Shown in pieces: positions 1 to 9,750 of a stretch of DNA of 64,000 nt. The first letter of the stretch is position 1; each line of letters starts with the position of its first letter. The notes under the pieces were generated by a model. That model had not been told where the DNA came from and made no database searches. It saw only the letters and a program-made list of their open reading frames with translations. The DNA lies in assembly GCA_945787955.1 (NCBI GenBank), contig CALZKF010000004.1, positions 500-64,499 of the forward strand, written 5' to 3'. The translations under genes and the position numbers were made by a program. This DNA comes from an uncultured Acidobacteriota bacterium. GTDB taxonomy: Bacteria > Acidobacteriota > Polarisedimenticolia > Polarisedimenticolales > Polarisedimenticolaceae.

Positions 1-92
1 CCCGGGAGGATCATATCTCCGGCAATGCCGCCCTCCACGAGACCCTTGTTACCGTCAAAAAAGTCGGTAGCCGCAAGGAGGAACAGGCATGA
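1..92 (+). CDS. C-terminal end of a probable molybdopterin oxidoreductase catalytic subunit (partial, enters from window edge)
   Basis: Reading frame 3 is open from base 3 (...EDHISGNAALHETLVTVKKVGSRKEEQA*). Its TGA (90-92) overlaps the ATG of the next gene as ATGA. Function is inferred only from its position upstream of the NrfC/NrfD-like pair. Confidence 0.35.
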   Translation, partial: REDHISGNAALHETLVTVKKVGSRKEEQA

Positions 93-634
93 GCCGGTAC
101 GCCATGGTTCTGGATCGGGCCCGCTGTGTGGACTGCAAAGCATGCATGGTGGCTTGCACGGCGGAGAACGATGTCGAGATCGGTTACCACCGCAACTGGG
201 TTCGCGCCGCCGTCAAGGGGACCTTCCCGGAATTGTCCATGCAGATCGAGCCGGGTCAATGTATGCATTGTGACGACCCGCCATGCGTACGGTCCTGTCC
301 CACCGGGGCCTCGTACATCAATGCAGCCGGCGGGATCGTCGGTGTGGACGAGAAAAAGTGCATCGGCTGCCGCTACTGCATGCTGGCCTGCCCCTACGAC
401 GCAAGGTTCTTCGATGAAGCGGCCGGCATCGTGGATAAGTGCACGTTCTGCGACCACCGTCTGGCGCTGGGCCAGGAACCGGCCTGCGTGGAGACCTGCC
501 CTACCAAGGTCCGGGTGTTCGGTGATCTGGACGACCCGGGATCGGAAGTCTCCCGTCTGATGCGGACCCGGAACACCGAGAAGAAACTGGCCCACGCCGG
601 CACCGCCCCCAACCTCAATTACATCATCGACTGA
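89..634 (+). CDS. 4Fe-4S ferredoxin-type subunit of a Mo-oxidoreductase complex (NrfC/PsrB/DmsB family)
   Basis: 181-aa ORF with four cysteine clusters (CVDCKACMVAC, CMHCDDPPCVRSCP, CIGCRYCMLACP, CTFC...CVETCP). AAGGAGG SD lies 7 nt upstream of the ATG. Confidence 0.9.
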   Translation: MSRYAMVLDRARCVDCKACMVACTAENDVEIGYHRNWVRAAVKGTFPELSMQIEPGQCMHCDDPPCVRSCPTGASYINAAGGIVGVDEKKCIGCRYCMLACPYDARFFDEAAGIVDKCTFCDHRLALGQEPACVETCPTKVRVFGDLDDPGSEVSRLMRTRNTEKKLAHAGTAPNLNYIID

Positions 635-648
635 TTAGGAGCCGGGCA

Positions 649-1692
649 ATGGAACATCACGAATGGGGCTGGATGATCGTTGTTTACCTCTTCCTGGGCG
701 GGCTGGGAGCCGGCTGCATGGTGCTGAGCAGCGCCGCCCATCTGGGCAGGCGGGGCCGCTACCAGGGCATAGCCCGGGCAGGAGCTCTGTTGGCGCCGGT
801 CCTGGTCGGCCTGGGCTCCGGCCTCCTGATTTTCGATCTGGGCAGCCCGCTGCGATTCTGGCGGTTGTTCGTCACGTTCCAGCCGGCCAGCCCGATGTCC
901 ATCGGATCCTGGCTGTTGGTCGGGTTCAGCGTGATCACCTCGATCTTCGCGGTGCTGCAGTTGCCGCCGTCGTGGCTCCGCCGCCTGGCGGCCCGGTTCC
1001 CGAAATTGGGCGCCTCCTTCGAGACCCTGGCCCTGTGGAACAAGCCGGCGCATGTGGCGGTCCGTGAAGGTATATCCATCGAAAGGGACCAGATCGACAT
1101 CAACTTCCCCCACAGCCCGGGCGGTGTCCGTCGTTTGCGTTCGGCCATGGCCGGGATCGGCATCCCGCTGGGGATCGGTGTCGGGATCTACACCGGTGTG
1201 CTGTTGGGAGCGATACCGGCCAGACCGTTCTGGAACACGCCGATGGTTGCCCAGTTGTTCCTGTTCTCCGCCCTGTCCACCGCCGCCGCCCTCCTCATGC
1301 TGGTGACGCCGCTGGTCTGGAAAGGGGACGCCGGCCAGTCCGGACTGGCGCACCGCTCGCTGCTGCGAGCCGATCTGATCTTTATCTTCCTGGAACTGTT
1401 CATCATCATCCCGTACATCATCCACGGCGAGCTCAGCGTGCTGTCGGCCAAAGAGTCGCTGAACATGATCCTGGGAGGGCCGTACAGCGGTTCGTTCTGG
1501 ATCGGCGTGGTGCTGGTCGGCATCCTGATTCCTGCTTCCATCGAACTGGTTGAAGCGGCCGGCGGCGCCAGGAAACTCCCGGCAAGGCTGACGCGCGGAC
1601 TGCACTTCATCGTGCCGGTCATGATCCTGGTCGGCGGTTACCTGCTGCGGTGGGTGTTCGTCCACGCCGGACAAGACACTGCGTTCCTATAA
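649..1692 (+). CDS. NrfD/PsrC-family polytopic membrane anchor subunit
   Basis: 347-aa ORF with many hydrophobic helices, 14 nt after the FeS subunit, with an AGGAG SD. Gene order FeS subunit then integral membrane subunit is typical of NrfCD/PsrBC modules. Confidence 0.8.
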   Translation: MEHHEWGWMIVVYLFLGGLGAGCMVLSSAAHLGRRGRYQGIARAGALLAPVLVGLGSGLLIFDLGSPLRFWRLFVTFQPASPMSIGSWLLVGFSVITSIFAVLQLPPSWLRRLAARFPKLGASFETLALWNKPAHVAVREGISIERDQIDINFPHSPGGVRRLRSAMAGIGIPLGIGVGIYTGVLLGAIPARPFWNTPMVAQLFLFSALSTAAALLMLVTPLVWKGDAGQSGLAHRSLLRADLIFIFLELFIIIPYIIHGELSVLSAKESLNMILGGPYSGSFWIGVVLVGILIPASIELVEAAGGARKLPARLTRGLHFIVPVMILVGGYLLRWVFVHAGQDTAFL

Positions 1693-1716
1693 GTTAGAAC
1701 GATTCACTTCATTCTC

Positions 1717-1756
1717 CGCCCCGGTGTGCCGCCAAGGTATACCGGGGCGTTTTTAT
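1717..1756 (+). terminator. Rho-independent terminator after the oxidoreductase operon
   Basis: CGCCCCGGT (1717-1725) pairs with ACCGGGGCG (1741-1749) and is followed by TTTTTATT. Confidence 0.7.
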
Positions 1757-1887
1757 TGAGGACACCCTCTGTGATTTCCTGGCCTCCCGGGCGCTCGTTC
1801 CAAATCATGGAAGGGTGCTAGCATCGGTCCTTGATTTGAGTGATTGTGGGTTCGATTTGTAGAAGATGGTCCGAGGGGAGTTAATCG

Positions 1888-3096
1888 ATGAGAAGAAGTT
1901 CGAAGATTATCCTGACCGTTTCCGCGATCGTGCTGCTGGCGGTTCCCGCAGTTGCAGGCGACGACTTGGCCGAAGCTCTCATAGGCGGGAAGGTCAACGC
2001 CGACCTCCGCCTGCGATACGAGAATGTCGAGCAGGAAGATATCGATGAAAAAGCCGAGGCGCTGACATTCCGCGTCCGTCTCGGGTACACCACCGGGAGC
2101 TGGTTCAACTTCTCTTCCAAGGTGGAGTTTGCAGCCAATACCGCCGCCGGTATCGACGACTACAACAGTTCCGCCAACGGCATGGGCCAGTACCCGCTTA
2201 TCGCCGACCCGGAAGATACCCAGATGGTCCAGGCTTATCTGGCCTATTCCGTTGCCGACCACACCACGGTGAAGGCCGGGCGGCAGCGCCTCAAACTGAA
2301 TAACGACCGCTTCATCGGAAACGTTGGCTGGCGACAGCTGGAGCAAACCTATGACGGTGTGTCGGTCACCACCGCACCCGTTGAGCAATTCACAGGCTTT
2401 TTCGCCCACCTGACCAACGCCAACCAGGTCCAGGGCGAGCACAACCCCCTGCGTCCCACCGATGTCAATGCCGACATAGAGATTCTGAACGGTTCATGGC
2501 AGTTCGGAGTCGGGACATTGACCGGTTACGGCTATTTCGTCGACATGGAAGACGCTCCGGGCCTGTCCAACCAGACGCTGGGACTGCGCTTCAGCGGTAA
2601 GACCGGCCTGAACGAAGGCATGGACCTGTTGTATACGGCAGAGTTCGCCCGGCAGTCCGACTACAAGGATGGCATGCCCGAAATTGACGCCGAGTATATC
2701 CACGGCCTCATCGGTGTTGGTATGCGGAAGGTGGCTGTGACGGTCGGCTACGAGCTTCTGGGGAGCAACGATGGTATGTACGGCTTGTCCACGCCGTTCG
2801 CCACCCTGCACGGGTTTAACGGTTGGGCCGACAAGTTTCTGGGTACTCCCGGTGAAGGTCTGGAAGACACCTACCTGAACGTCACCGCCAATGTCGTCGG
2901 CCTGAAGCTGACCGGCGTGTACCACGATTTCTCGTCCGATTTCGGCGGCATGGACTACGGCTCGGAGATCGACCTGATGGTCGCCAGGAAGTTCGGTGAA
3001 CATTACTCCGGCATGATCAAGTTCGCCGACTACAGCTCCGACGGTTACAGCGTCGATACCACCAAGTTCTGGCTCGTGGCAACCGCCAGCTTCTGA
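1888..3096 (+). CDS. Outer-membrane beta-barrel porin (alginate-export / OprD-like)
   Basis: Signal peptide MRRSSKIILTVSAIVLLAVPAVAG, a DLRLRYE N-terminal strand, alternating aromatic/polar beta-strand pattern, and a C-terminal ...WLVATASF ending in Phe. GAGGGGAG SD is present. Confidence 0.8.
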   Translation: MRRSSKIILTVSAIVLLAVPAVAGDDLAEALIGGKVNADLRLRYENVEQEDIDEKAEALTFRVRLGYTTGSWFNFSSKVEFAANTAAGIDDYNSSANGMGQYPLIADPEDTQMVQAYLAYSVADHTTVKAGRQRLKLNNDRFIGNVGWRQLEQTYDGVSVTTAPVEQFTGFFAHLTNANQVQGEHNPLRPTDVNADIEILNGSWQFGVGTLTGYGYFVDMEDAPGLSNQTLGLRFSGKTGLNEGMDLLYTAEFARQSDYKDGMPEIDAEYIHGLIGVGMRKVAVTVGYELLGSNDGMYGLSTPFATLHGFNGWADKFLGTPGEGLEDTYLNVTANVVGLKLTGVYHDFSSDFGGMDYGSEIDLMVARKFGEHYSGMIKFADYSSDGYSVDTTKFWLVATASF

Positions 3097-5328
3097 TAAA
3101 AAGGTGGCAGATCTGTTCCCTTTTTCCGAGGGGGTTCGAGTGAGGTAAATCCACACCGGAGCGTCCACGGAGTAGAATACGAGCGCTGAGCCGGCAGCCG
3201 GGTCGGAATCCACGGCTCCCGATACGAAACCGACGGCGTACTGATCATCCACGGGATCCATGGGGAGGATGCCGCCGAGGGGAGGGGTCACCGGGTCGAG
3301 TTGTCCGACTTCAGTGTTGCGCAGCAGGTTTCCGGTGCGTACTCCCGCTCCCCGCCAGTCCATGGACGGATCACCGTACAGGTTGTAGTTGTAGAGATTC
3401 CTGTACTCATAATTCATTTCCCAGCCATAGTTGATGTGGCTGTAGAACTTCGACTCGTACAGCGCCGCACCCAGGGTCCTGAGACCTCCAGGCGCCGCGA
3501 TAAGATAGCGGTTGAACTCGTAACACAGTGACTCGGCACCGCCGGGCTGTGCCGGCCAGTCACTGGTGACGGCTGCGTACCGGGACGAACTCACGATACC
3601 TGCGGCGGCGCCGGCCCCTGGATCGGAAAGAAGATGGATCCCCAGGTTTCCGTATGCATTCGGTTCGGGGTAGCCGACATTACAGGAGACGGCGCAGACA
3701 ATCGATTGATAGTCGTCATCGAAGATCGGATAGTCGGAGATGAACGGATCGCTCCAGAAGGAGTCCGAACCGTCGGTTTCAGGCACACCGTCGCCGTCGT
3801 CCGCCGACCAGACCGTTCTGGCGACGGAATCCGGCCAGCCGTGCCCGGACCAGTTGACGATCCCGTAGGCGCCGTTTCTCCAGTCCGTGATGAAAGCGGT
3901 CAGGGAGATCTGAGGCCACGGACAAACAGAGGCGACAAGACCCTCCTGTTCGCTGTATCGGCTCATGGTCCAGCCCTGCATGAAGTTCTGCTCGATTTCG
4001 TCGACACAGACGGCGCCGTCCCGGAACGGAATCCCGCTGTAGTCCTGGTTTTCATAGAACAGCACCGCTCCTGCGTGGAGGGCGCTTCTCTTCCAGTCTC
4101 CGGTATCCTGTTCGTACCGCACCATCTTGTTCAGGCTGTAGGTCACCTGGGAAGCGATGCTGGTGGGGACGCGGCCGACGTTGACCTCGGCCAGGAAGTC
4201 CGGCATATCCTGGCCGTATTCCCCGTAGAACCCGTCACCATCCAAGTCCCAGGAATCCGCATCGGCAAACGACAGGTCCGCGTAATACGCGTCGGTGGGA
4301 ACGGAGCCGGGGCCGGTGCCGGGGTCGGCCGGATTGTGCAGATGGTTGTAAGGATCCGGAAAGCAATAGCGCATCGGCACATCCAGGTAGTTCCCCACCA
4401 GCAGCACGTTTTCGATGCTCCATGCACCGTAGTAGGCCCGCAGGAAGTTACGGATGCGCGCCGCCAGGTCGACACCGCTCTGACCGGATACTTCGGCATC
4501 GGTGGTCAGAACGGTCCGGACGTTGTAGCCGAGGGACGTTTTCCAGCTCACGAAGTCGGAGGCCGCAACCGCCTCTGCGAGGCCGGACGTAGTGATGACA
4601 ACGAAATCATGGACCGCGAAATCGGCTCCCGGGGCCGCCGCTTCCGGTTCGTATTGATCCTTCATTTCGCCGTAATTGACGAACAGACCGGCAGCCCTGT
4701 TATCGGCAACCGTATCCGCCAGGAGCTCCCTGGCGGTCTGTTCCCGGATGCTGCCTTTTGCGGGAGCCGAGTAGATCACCCGCAGCCGGACACCGTTCCG
4801 GTGATCCAGACGCCCCGATGCGGCGTGATAACTGAACGGACGGAAGGAGATTCTGGCGTAGGAAAACTTCCGCAGGCTGCCATGGCCGGTGATGCGAGCT
4901 GCCTCCGGCGGGTAGGCACCGTCATCGGCGTAGGCCGCAACCCTGGCTGCCTCCAACCGCTCCTTCTCTTTTTTTAATGCGCCGGACAGGGGCAGCAGCG
5001 AGGATGAGGGCACGATGGCGTATTTTCCAGGCAGCACTTCAGCGCCGATCTCTTCAATCTCCAGCGAGACGGCACGTGCTCCCGGAGGGAGGAGGACCAG
5101 CGCCTGAATCTCGGGCAGCAACGGCCGTCCCGGTTCCTTGAGGTAGTCGAAGCCCTCCATGACGAGCTGCTGTCCACCCGGTACATCGACCAGGTGGAAG
5201 GGCGCCGAGTCAAGGACGACCTCGATGGCGCCGGTTGTCCATTCATCCTGATCGCCGGGAGGGGTGAAAGCAAGAACGGCGGAGCAGGCAAGCAGAACCG
5301 GGAGAGTGAATACAAGGCTCGGACGCAT
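2494..5328 (-). CDS. Secreted gingipain-like cysteine peptidase, family C25. The ORF as drawn has no stop until 2494; the credible coding part is about 3100-5328.
   Basis: Signal peptide MRPSLVFTLPVLLACSAVLA, a C25 propeptide-like N-terminus, and a His/Cys dyad context (IVNWSGHGWPDS, SIVCAVSCNVGYPE). The last ~200 codons are antisense to the porin and not protein-like. Confidence 0.75.
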   Translation of the reverse strand: MRPSLVFTLPVLLACSAVLAFTPPGDQDEWTTGAIEVVLDSAPFHLVDVPGGQQLVMEGFDYLKEPGRPLLPEIQALVLLPPGARAVSLEIEEIGAEVLPGKYAIVPSSSLLPLSGALKKEKERLEAARVAAYADDGAYPPEAARITGHGSLRKFSYARISFRPFSYHAASGRLDHRNGVRLRVIYSAPAKGSIREQTARELLADTVADNRAAGLFVNYGEMKDQYEPEAAAPGADFAVHDFVVITTSGLAEAVAASDFVSWKTSLGYNVRTVLTTDAEVSGQSGVDLAARIRNFLRAYYGAWSIENVLLVGNYLDVPMRYCFPDPYNHLHNPADPGTGPGSVPTDAYYADLSFADADSWDLDGDGFYGEYGQDMPDFLAEVNVGRVPTSIASQVTYSLNKMVRYEQDTGDWKRSALHAGAVLFYENQDYSGIPFRDGAVCVDEIEQNFMQGWTMSRYSEQEGLVASVCPWPQISLTAFITDWRNGAYGIVNWSGHGWPDSVARTVWSADDGDGVPETDGSDSFWSDPFISDYPIFDDDYQSIVCAVSCNVGYPEPNAYGNLGIHLLSDPGAGAAAGIVSSSRYAAVTSDWPAQPGGAESLCYEFNRYLIAAPGGLRTLGAALYESKFYSHINYGWEMNYEYRNLYNYNLYGDPSMDWRGAGVRTGNLLRNTEVGQLDPVTPPLGGILPMDPVDDQYAVGFVSGAVDSDPAAGSALVFYSVDAPVWIYLTRTPSEKGNRSATFLSEAGGCHEPELGGIDAVTVGAVVGELDHAGVMFTELPGDHQVDLRAVVHAAEIGREIVVHAGQLQADDIGGDVQVGVFQTFTGSTQKLVGPTVKPVQGGERRGQAVHTIVAPQKLVADRHSHLPHTNTDEAVDILGVNFGHAILVVGLPGELCRIQQVHAFVQAGLTAEAQSQRLVGQARSVFHVDEIAVTGQCPDSELP

Positions 5329-5424
5329 CGCACACTACCTCTCGTCATCCCGCAAACACGTCCACGCAGATTGTACGGTCGTTTATTCCGTGCTCGAACC
5401 GGTGCAGTCCCCCAAATTTGTCTT

Positions 5425-8370
5425 CTATTCCTGTTTCTTCCCCCGGATCTTCGGTTTCGTCTTCATTCGTGGTTTTCTGGGCTCCGGCGCCGTGATCTCC
5501 AGTTCGGTGGTGTGGGTGTCTTTGCCGATGGTGAGCCGCACGGAATAGGTTCCCGGGGTGACGTACAGTGGTCGCTTGAGGCGAACCGCCTCCGCCCAGG
5601 GCCGGTCCTTGGGATCGCCGTCGTCGCCGAGACGTTTCCGTTCCGCCTTCAGGGCCGGCTTCTCATCCAGAACCAGGTCCCATTCGGTCTGGTTCACGCC
5701 GGCCACCGCCTGCAGGTTGCGGGACCACAGTTTCCGGCCGTCGGCATCCAGCACCGCCAGTTCGACGGCGCCGTCTTCACGGGACCAGTACGGGATCCGA
5801 ATTGAAGGATCGTATTCCGGCCTGTGCCACCAAGGGTCCCGGCGGGATTTCCACGACCGGGATGCCTGAACCGGTTCCAGCGGGAACAGGTGGGCGCTTG
5901 AGTCCCGGATCTCCGGTGTCAGTTCCTGAACAGGCAAAACATCCAGGATCCAGACCGAGCGGCCGTGTGTGCCGGCCACCAGTTCCCGCTCCCTTGGATG
6001 GACCACGAGATCGTGCACCGGCACGTTGGGGATTCCGCCCGGGAGGCTTTCCCAGTTCCTGCCGCGATCGAGGGAAACATAGACGCCACGGTCGGTTCCG
6101 ACGTACAACACCTTCGGGTTGACTGGATCTTCGCGGACGACGTTCACCGGCTCCGCCGGCAGGCCGTCGGCTATAGAAGACCAGGTCCGGCCCAGGTCCT
6201 CGGTGGCATAGACGTAGGCGGTCATGTCGTCGTCGCGATACCCGTTCAGGCTGACATAGGCCCGTTTGTCCTCATAGCCGGAGGCCTCCACGCGGCTGAC
6301 CCACCGATCCCCGGGAAGAACCCCGGCGACATCGTTCCATTCCGAGCCTCCGTCCGCACTGACCCAAACCTGGCCGTCGTCGGTTCCGGCCCACAACAAT
6401 CCGAATTTCAGCTTCGATTCGGAGATCGAGGAGATCGTGGCGAACGGGACGTCACCCCGTTCGCTGGAGCGGGTCAGGTCCGGGCTGACCGCCGTGAAGG
6501 TCTCACCCTGGTCCATGGATCGGAACAATCGGTTGCTGCCGAAATAGAGGATGTCCTGGTTGTGGGACGATAGGGCGATCGGGCTGTTCCAGTTATACCG
6601 CAACGCCGGTTCACGGATACCGTTCCGCGGTTTGACCCGGGCGCCACCGGCCCGGCCGATCCTGCGGTAATTGCCGAACTGGTACCCGAGGTAGGTAGTG
6701 CTGTCGTCCCGGGAGTCGACCTGCACGTACATGCCGTCGCCGCCGCCGATCCTGGTCCAGTCGGATCCGGCCCGGAGATCGGTGCGACTGGACCCTTTCC
6801 AGACCCCGTTGTCCTGCAGACCGCCGTAGACGTTGTACGGCTCGGCCATGTCCACCGCCACGGTGTAAAACTGGCCCACCGGCACCGGGTTCAGTTTCAG
6901 CCACGACCTGCCGCCGTCGTAGGACATGTTAAGGCCGCCGTCGTTACCGTCCAGAACCCGGTCGGGGAATTCAGGATCGATCCAGAACGACTGGTGATCG
7001 CCATGGACGTTCGGCTCGTTGATGTTCCGCCAGCTTTTGCCGCCGTCGTCTGACGTCAGGAGCGGCACACCCAGGATGTATATCCGGTCCGGGGTTTCCG
7101 GAGAGACCCGGATCTGGCCGAAGTAGTAGCCGTACGTGTGGACCATCTTCGAGATCGGCTTGTCGTGGGTCGGCCTCCAGCTCTTGCCGCCATCGTCGCT
7201 GCGATAGACCTCGGCGCCCCTCAGATCGCGGTTGAACAGGTTGGAGTTTGCGTCGTCCAGCGCGTTACGGATCGTATCCAGGTCGAGGTCGCCCTCTCGC
7301 ACCTGTTTGAGAAGCTTGTCGGCGTCCAGGCTCGGATCCAGGTCATTGGACCTCAGGAATTCCTCGATCTCCTCCGGATCTGTGTTCAGGAATTCCTCCC
7401 GTGTCATCGTCCTGAGCCGTTTCGGTGTCACCGCGCCGTCGCCCAAGTCCCACATCGATTCGGGCAGCAGTTCCTGGTTGTCCAGGAAGGCGTACACAGT
7501 TCGAGGCGCCGATGGGGCCACCGCCAGGCCGATCCGGCCGACATGATCCCCCTGAGGGAAGCCGCCCTCCAGCCGGACCCAGTTCCCGCCGCCGTCGCTG
7601 CTTTTGTAGATGCCGCTGCCCGGACCACCCTCAACGAAGTTCCACGGCCGGCGCATCCGTTCCCAGGAGGCTGCGTACAGGGTATCCGGATCGGAGGGGT
7701 CCATGACCAGGTCCACAAATCCGGTCTGGTCATCGCCGGGAAGGACCAGGTTCCAGCTTTTGCCTCCATCGTCGGTGCGGTAGATCCCGCGCTGTCCGCC
7801 GGGGGTATACAGCTTGCCCAGTGCCGCCACATACACCCGGTTCCCGTCCCTGGGGTCAACCAGGATCCGGCCGATCCGGTCGGTCCCGGCCAACCCCGCA
7901 GGCTCCCAGGATGCGCCGCCGTCCCGGCTGCGGAACAGGCCGAGGCCGCCGTATGAGGAGCGGGAAGAGTTGTTCTCTCCGGTCCCGACCCAGACGGTGG
8001 CGGGGTTGGACGGATCCAGGGCGATATCGCCCATGATCATGGTCGGCTGATCGTCGAACAACGGTTCGAAGGTTACTCCGTTGTTCTCGGTTTTCCACAG
8101 ACCACCGGAAGCGAAGGCGACGTAGAAACTGTACGGGCTGCCCGGGACGACCTCGATATCCACCAGCCTGCCGCCCATCTGCAGCGGTCCGATACAGCGC
8201 CACGGCAGGCCCTTGAACGGAGAGCTCCCGGCCATGGCCTGGTGTCGCCGCCAGGCGGCCTGGCCTTGTTCCGGGGTGGACGGCCCCTGCGGGGCGGGAC
8301 GGGATGAAGCGGCCGGAACGGCGATGGCCGAAACGGACAGCAGGAAGCAGGTCAGGGTGCGTCGCAGCAT
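5425..8370 (-). CDS. Sortilin/VPS10-type BNR (Asp-box) repeat beta-propeller protein, glycosidase-like, secreted
   Basis: 981 aa with a signal peptide and at least 9 Asp-boxes (SRDGGASW, TDDGGKSW, SSDGGGNW, SDDGGKSW x2, SYDGGRSW, SADGGSEW ...). GGAGG SD is present. Confidence 0.85.
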   Translation of the reverse strand: MLRRTLTCFLLSVSAIAVPAASSRPAPQGPSTPEQGQAAWRRHQAMAGSSPFKGLPWRCIGPLQMGGRLVDIEVVPGSPYSFYVAFASGGLWKTENNGVTFEPLFDDQPTMIMGDIALDPSNPATVWVGTGENNSSRSSYGGLGLFRSRDGGASWEPAGLAGTDRIGRILVDPRDGNRVYVAALGKLYTPGGQRGIYRTDDGGKSWNLVLPGDDQTGFVDLVMDPSDPDTLYAASWERMRRPWNFVEGGPGSGIYKSSDGGGNWVRLEGGFPQGDHVGRIGLAVAPSAPRTVYAFLDNQELLPESMWDLGDGAVTPKRLRTMTREEFLNTDPEEIEEFLRSNDLDPSLDADKLLKQVREGDLDLDTIRNALDDANSNLFNRDLRGAEVYRSDDGGKSWRPTHDKPISKMVHTYGYYFGQIRVSPETPDRIYILGVPLLTSDDGGKSWRNINEPNVHGDHQSFWIDPEFPDRVLDGNDGGLNMSYDGGRSWLKLNPVPVGQFYTVAVDMAEPYNVYGGLQDNGVWKGSSRTDLRAGSDWTRIGGGDGMYVQVDSRDDSTTYLGYQFGNYRRIGRAGGARVKPRNGIREPALRYNWNSPIALSSHNQDILYFGSNRLFRSMDQGETFTAVSPDLTRSSERGDVPFATISSISESKLKFGLLWAGTDDGQVWVSADGGSEWNDVAGVLPGDRWVSRVEASGYEDKRAYVSLNGYRDDDMTAYVYATEDLGRTWSSIADGLPAEPVNVVREDPVNPKVLYVGTDRGVYVSLDRGRNWESLPGGIPNVPVHDLVVHPRERELVAGTHGRSVWILDVLPVQELTPEIRDSSAHLFPLEPVQASRSWKSRRDPWWHRPEYDPSIRIPYWSREDGAVELAVLDADGRKLWSRNLQAVAGVNQTEWDLVLDEKPALKAERKRLGDDGDPKDRPWAEAVRLKRPLYVTPGTYSVRLTIGKDTHTTELEITAPEPRKPRMKTKPKIRGKKQE

Positions 8371-8431
8371 TTTACAGCCTCCGATTGATCAGCCAGGATG
8401 CATAGGGTACTATCCCGCGCCCGGAGGGAAG

Positions 8432-9292
8432 ATGAGCGGAAAGGAAAAGAAGAAGAAAAAATCGACCGCATCGATTCCCAACCGGCATGCCTTGTATGAG
8501 GCGGCGGTGCAGAACGTCGAGGCCGATATCGAGTTCTTCGAGAGGGTTTACCTGGAAGAGCACGGCAGGCCGTTCCGGGTCCTGCGGGAGGATTTCTGCG
8601 GTACCGCAACCCTGGCATGCGCCTGGGTTTCCGGATCGCCGGAACGTGAGTCCTGGGGAGTCGATCTGGACCGGGACACACTGGACTGGGGGCGGGAATA
8701 CCGCATCGCCCCGATGGAACCGACGGCACGGGAGCGGGTTCATCTGCTGTGTGACGACGTGCTTGCCGCCGATTGCCCGCCGGCCGACCTGGTGGCCGCG
8801 CTGAATTTCTCGTACTTCGTGTTCAAAACCCGGGAGGCGCTGCTCGGTTACTTCCGGTCCGCGCTAAGCGCACTGGCGCCGGGTGGCGCCCTGGTATTGG
8901 ATCTGTTTGGGGGCACCGAGGCGATGGGTGATCTGGTGGAGAGCGAGCGCAAGGACGCCATGACCCATCCGGACGGGATCCGCACCCCCGAATTTACATA
9001 CACCTGGGAGCAGGCCGATTTCAACCCGGTCACCCATGAGTTGCACTGCCATATCCACTTCAAACTATCCGGAGGACGCAAGCTCAAACGGGCGTTTTCC
9101 TACGACTGGCGGTTGTGGACCATCCCGGAGATCCGGGAACTGATGTCCGAGGCCGGCTTTGCCCGAAGCGACGTCTATATCGAGGGCTGGGACGACGAGG
9201 CCGACGAGTCCGACGGGATATTCACCCGCAAGGACCGCTTCGAAAATCAGGAAAGCTGGCTGGCGTATGTGGTGGGCTGGAACCGGTCCTAG
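8432..9292 (+). CDS. Class I SAM-dependent methyltransferase
   Basis: ATG at 8432 is preceded by GGAGGG. Motif I-like EDFCGTATLA and a post-I acidic strand are present. Track codons upstream of 8432 are antisense to the BNR gene. Confidence 0.7.
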   Translation: MSGKEKKKKKSTASIPNRHALYEAAVQNVEADIEFFERVYLEEHGRPFRVLREDFCGTATLACAWVSGSPERESWGVDLDRDTLDWGREYRIAPMEPTARERVHLLCDDVLAADCPPADLVAALNFSYFVFKTREALLGYFRSALSALAPGGALVLDLFGGTEAMGDLVESERKDAMTHPDGIRTPEFTYTWEQADFNPVTHELHCHIHFKLSGGRKLKRAFSYDWRLWTIPEIRELMSEAGFARSDVYIEGWDDEADESDGIFTRKDRFENQESWLAYVVGWNRS

Positions 9293-9678
9293 CTCCAGAA
9301 GTTGTCGACGGAGTGCTGGTCGAACGGGTTGGACCATGCTTCGGTGATGCGGTTGTCCTCGACCTGGAACAGCAGCATCTGGTAGGTGTCCAGATCCTTG
9401 CCGTCCCGTTTGCCGGTGACGTGGTACAGAATCAGTCCGCGGTCGTCATTGACCAGGATGTCTCGCAGCTGCAGGTCGTAGACCTCGGTCTCCTCGCCCA
9501 GGGTGCCCAGGTAATCCAGGACCTGGTCTCGGCCGGTCTTGGTTCCGGACAGCCGGTGTTTGCCGGGAACATGCCACAGCAGGTTGTCCGCCAGGAGTTC
9601 ATCAAGCACCTCCACGTCGCCTACCGAGAGGGCGTCCCATACAGCTTTGGCCAGGGTCATGTTCATCTGTGCCGACAC
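9289..9678 (-). CDS. SnoaL/NTF2-like fold protein
   Basis: 129-aa ORF with a GTG start preceded by GGGAGGA. Sequence style matches ketosteroid-isomerase/SnoaL-like small proteins; the family call is weak. Confidence 0.55.
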   Translation of the reverse strand: MSAQMNMTLAKAVWDALSVGDVEVLDELLADNLLWHVPGKHRLSGTKTGRDQVLDYLGTLGEETEVYDLQLRDILVNDDRGLILYHVTGKRDGKDLDTYQMLLFQVEDNRITEAWSNPFDQHSVDNFWS

Positions 9679-9750
9679 GACTATTTCCTCCCGTTCCGCT
9701 ATGGCCGGACCGGTATCGGGCTAACACTATCATGAGAAGGTCGGGGCGGG

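Noticed and set aside
3120-3150. GGTTCGAG, a T-loop-like string suggesting a tRNA downstream of the porin.
   Set aside because: The flanks cannot form a T-stem, acceptor stem or anticodon arm. No cloverleaf is possible within 90 nt.
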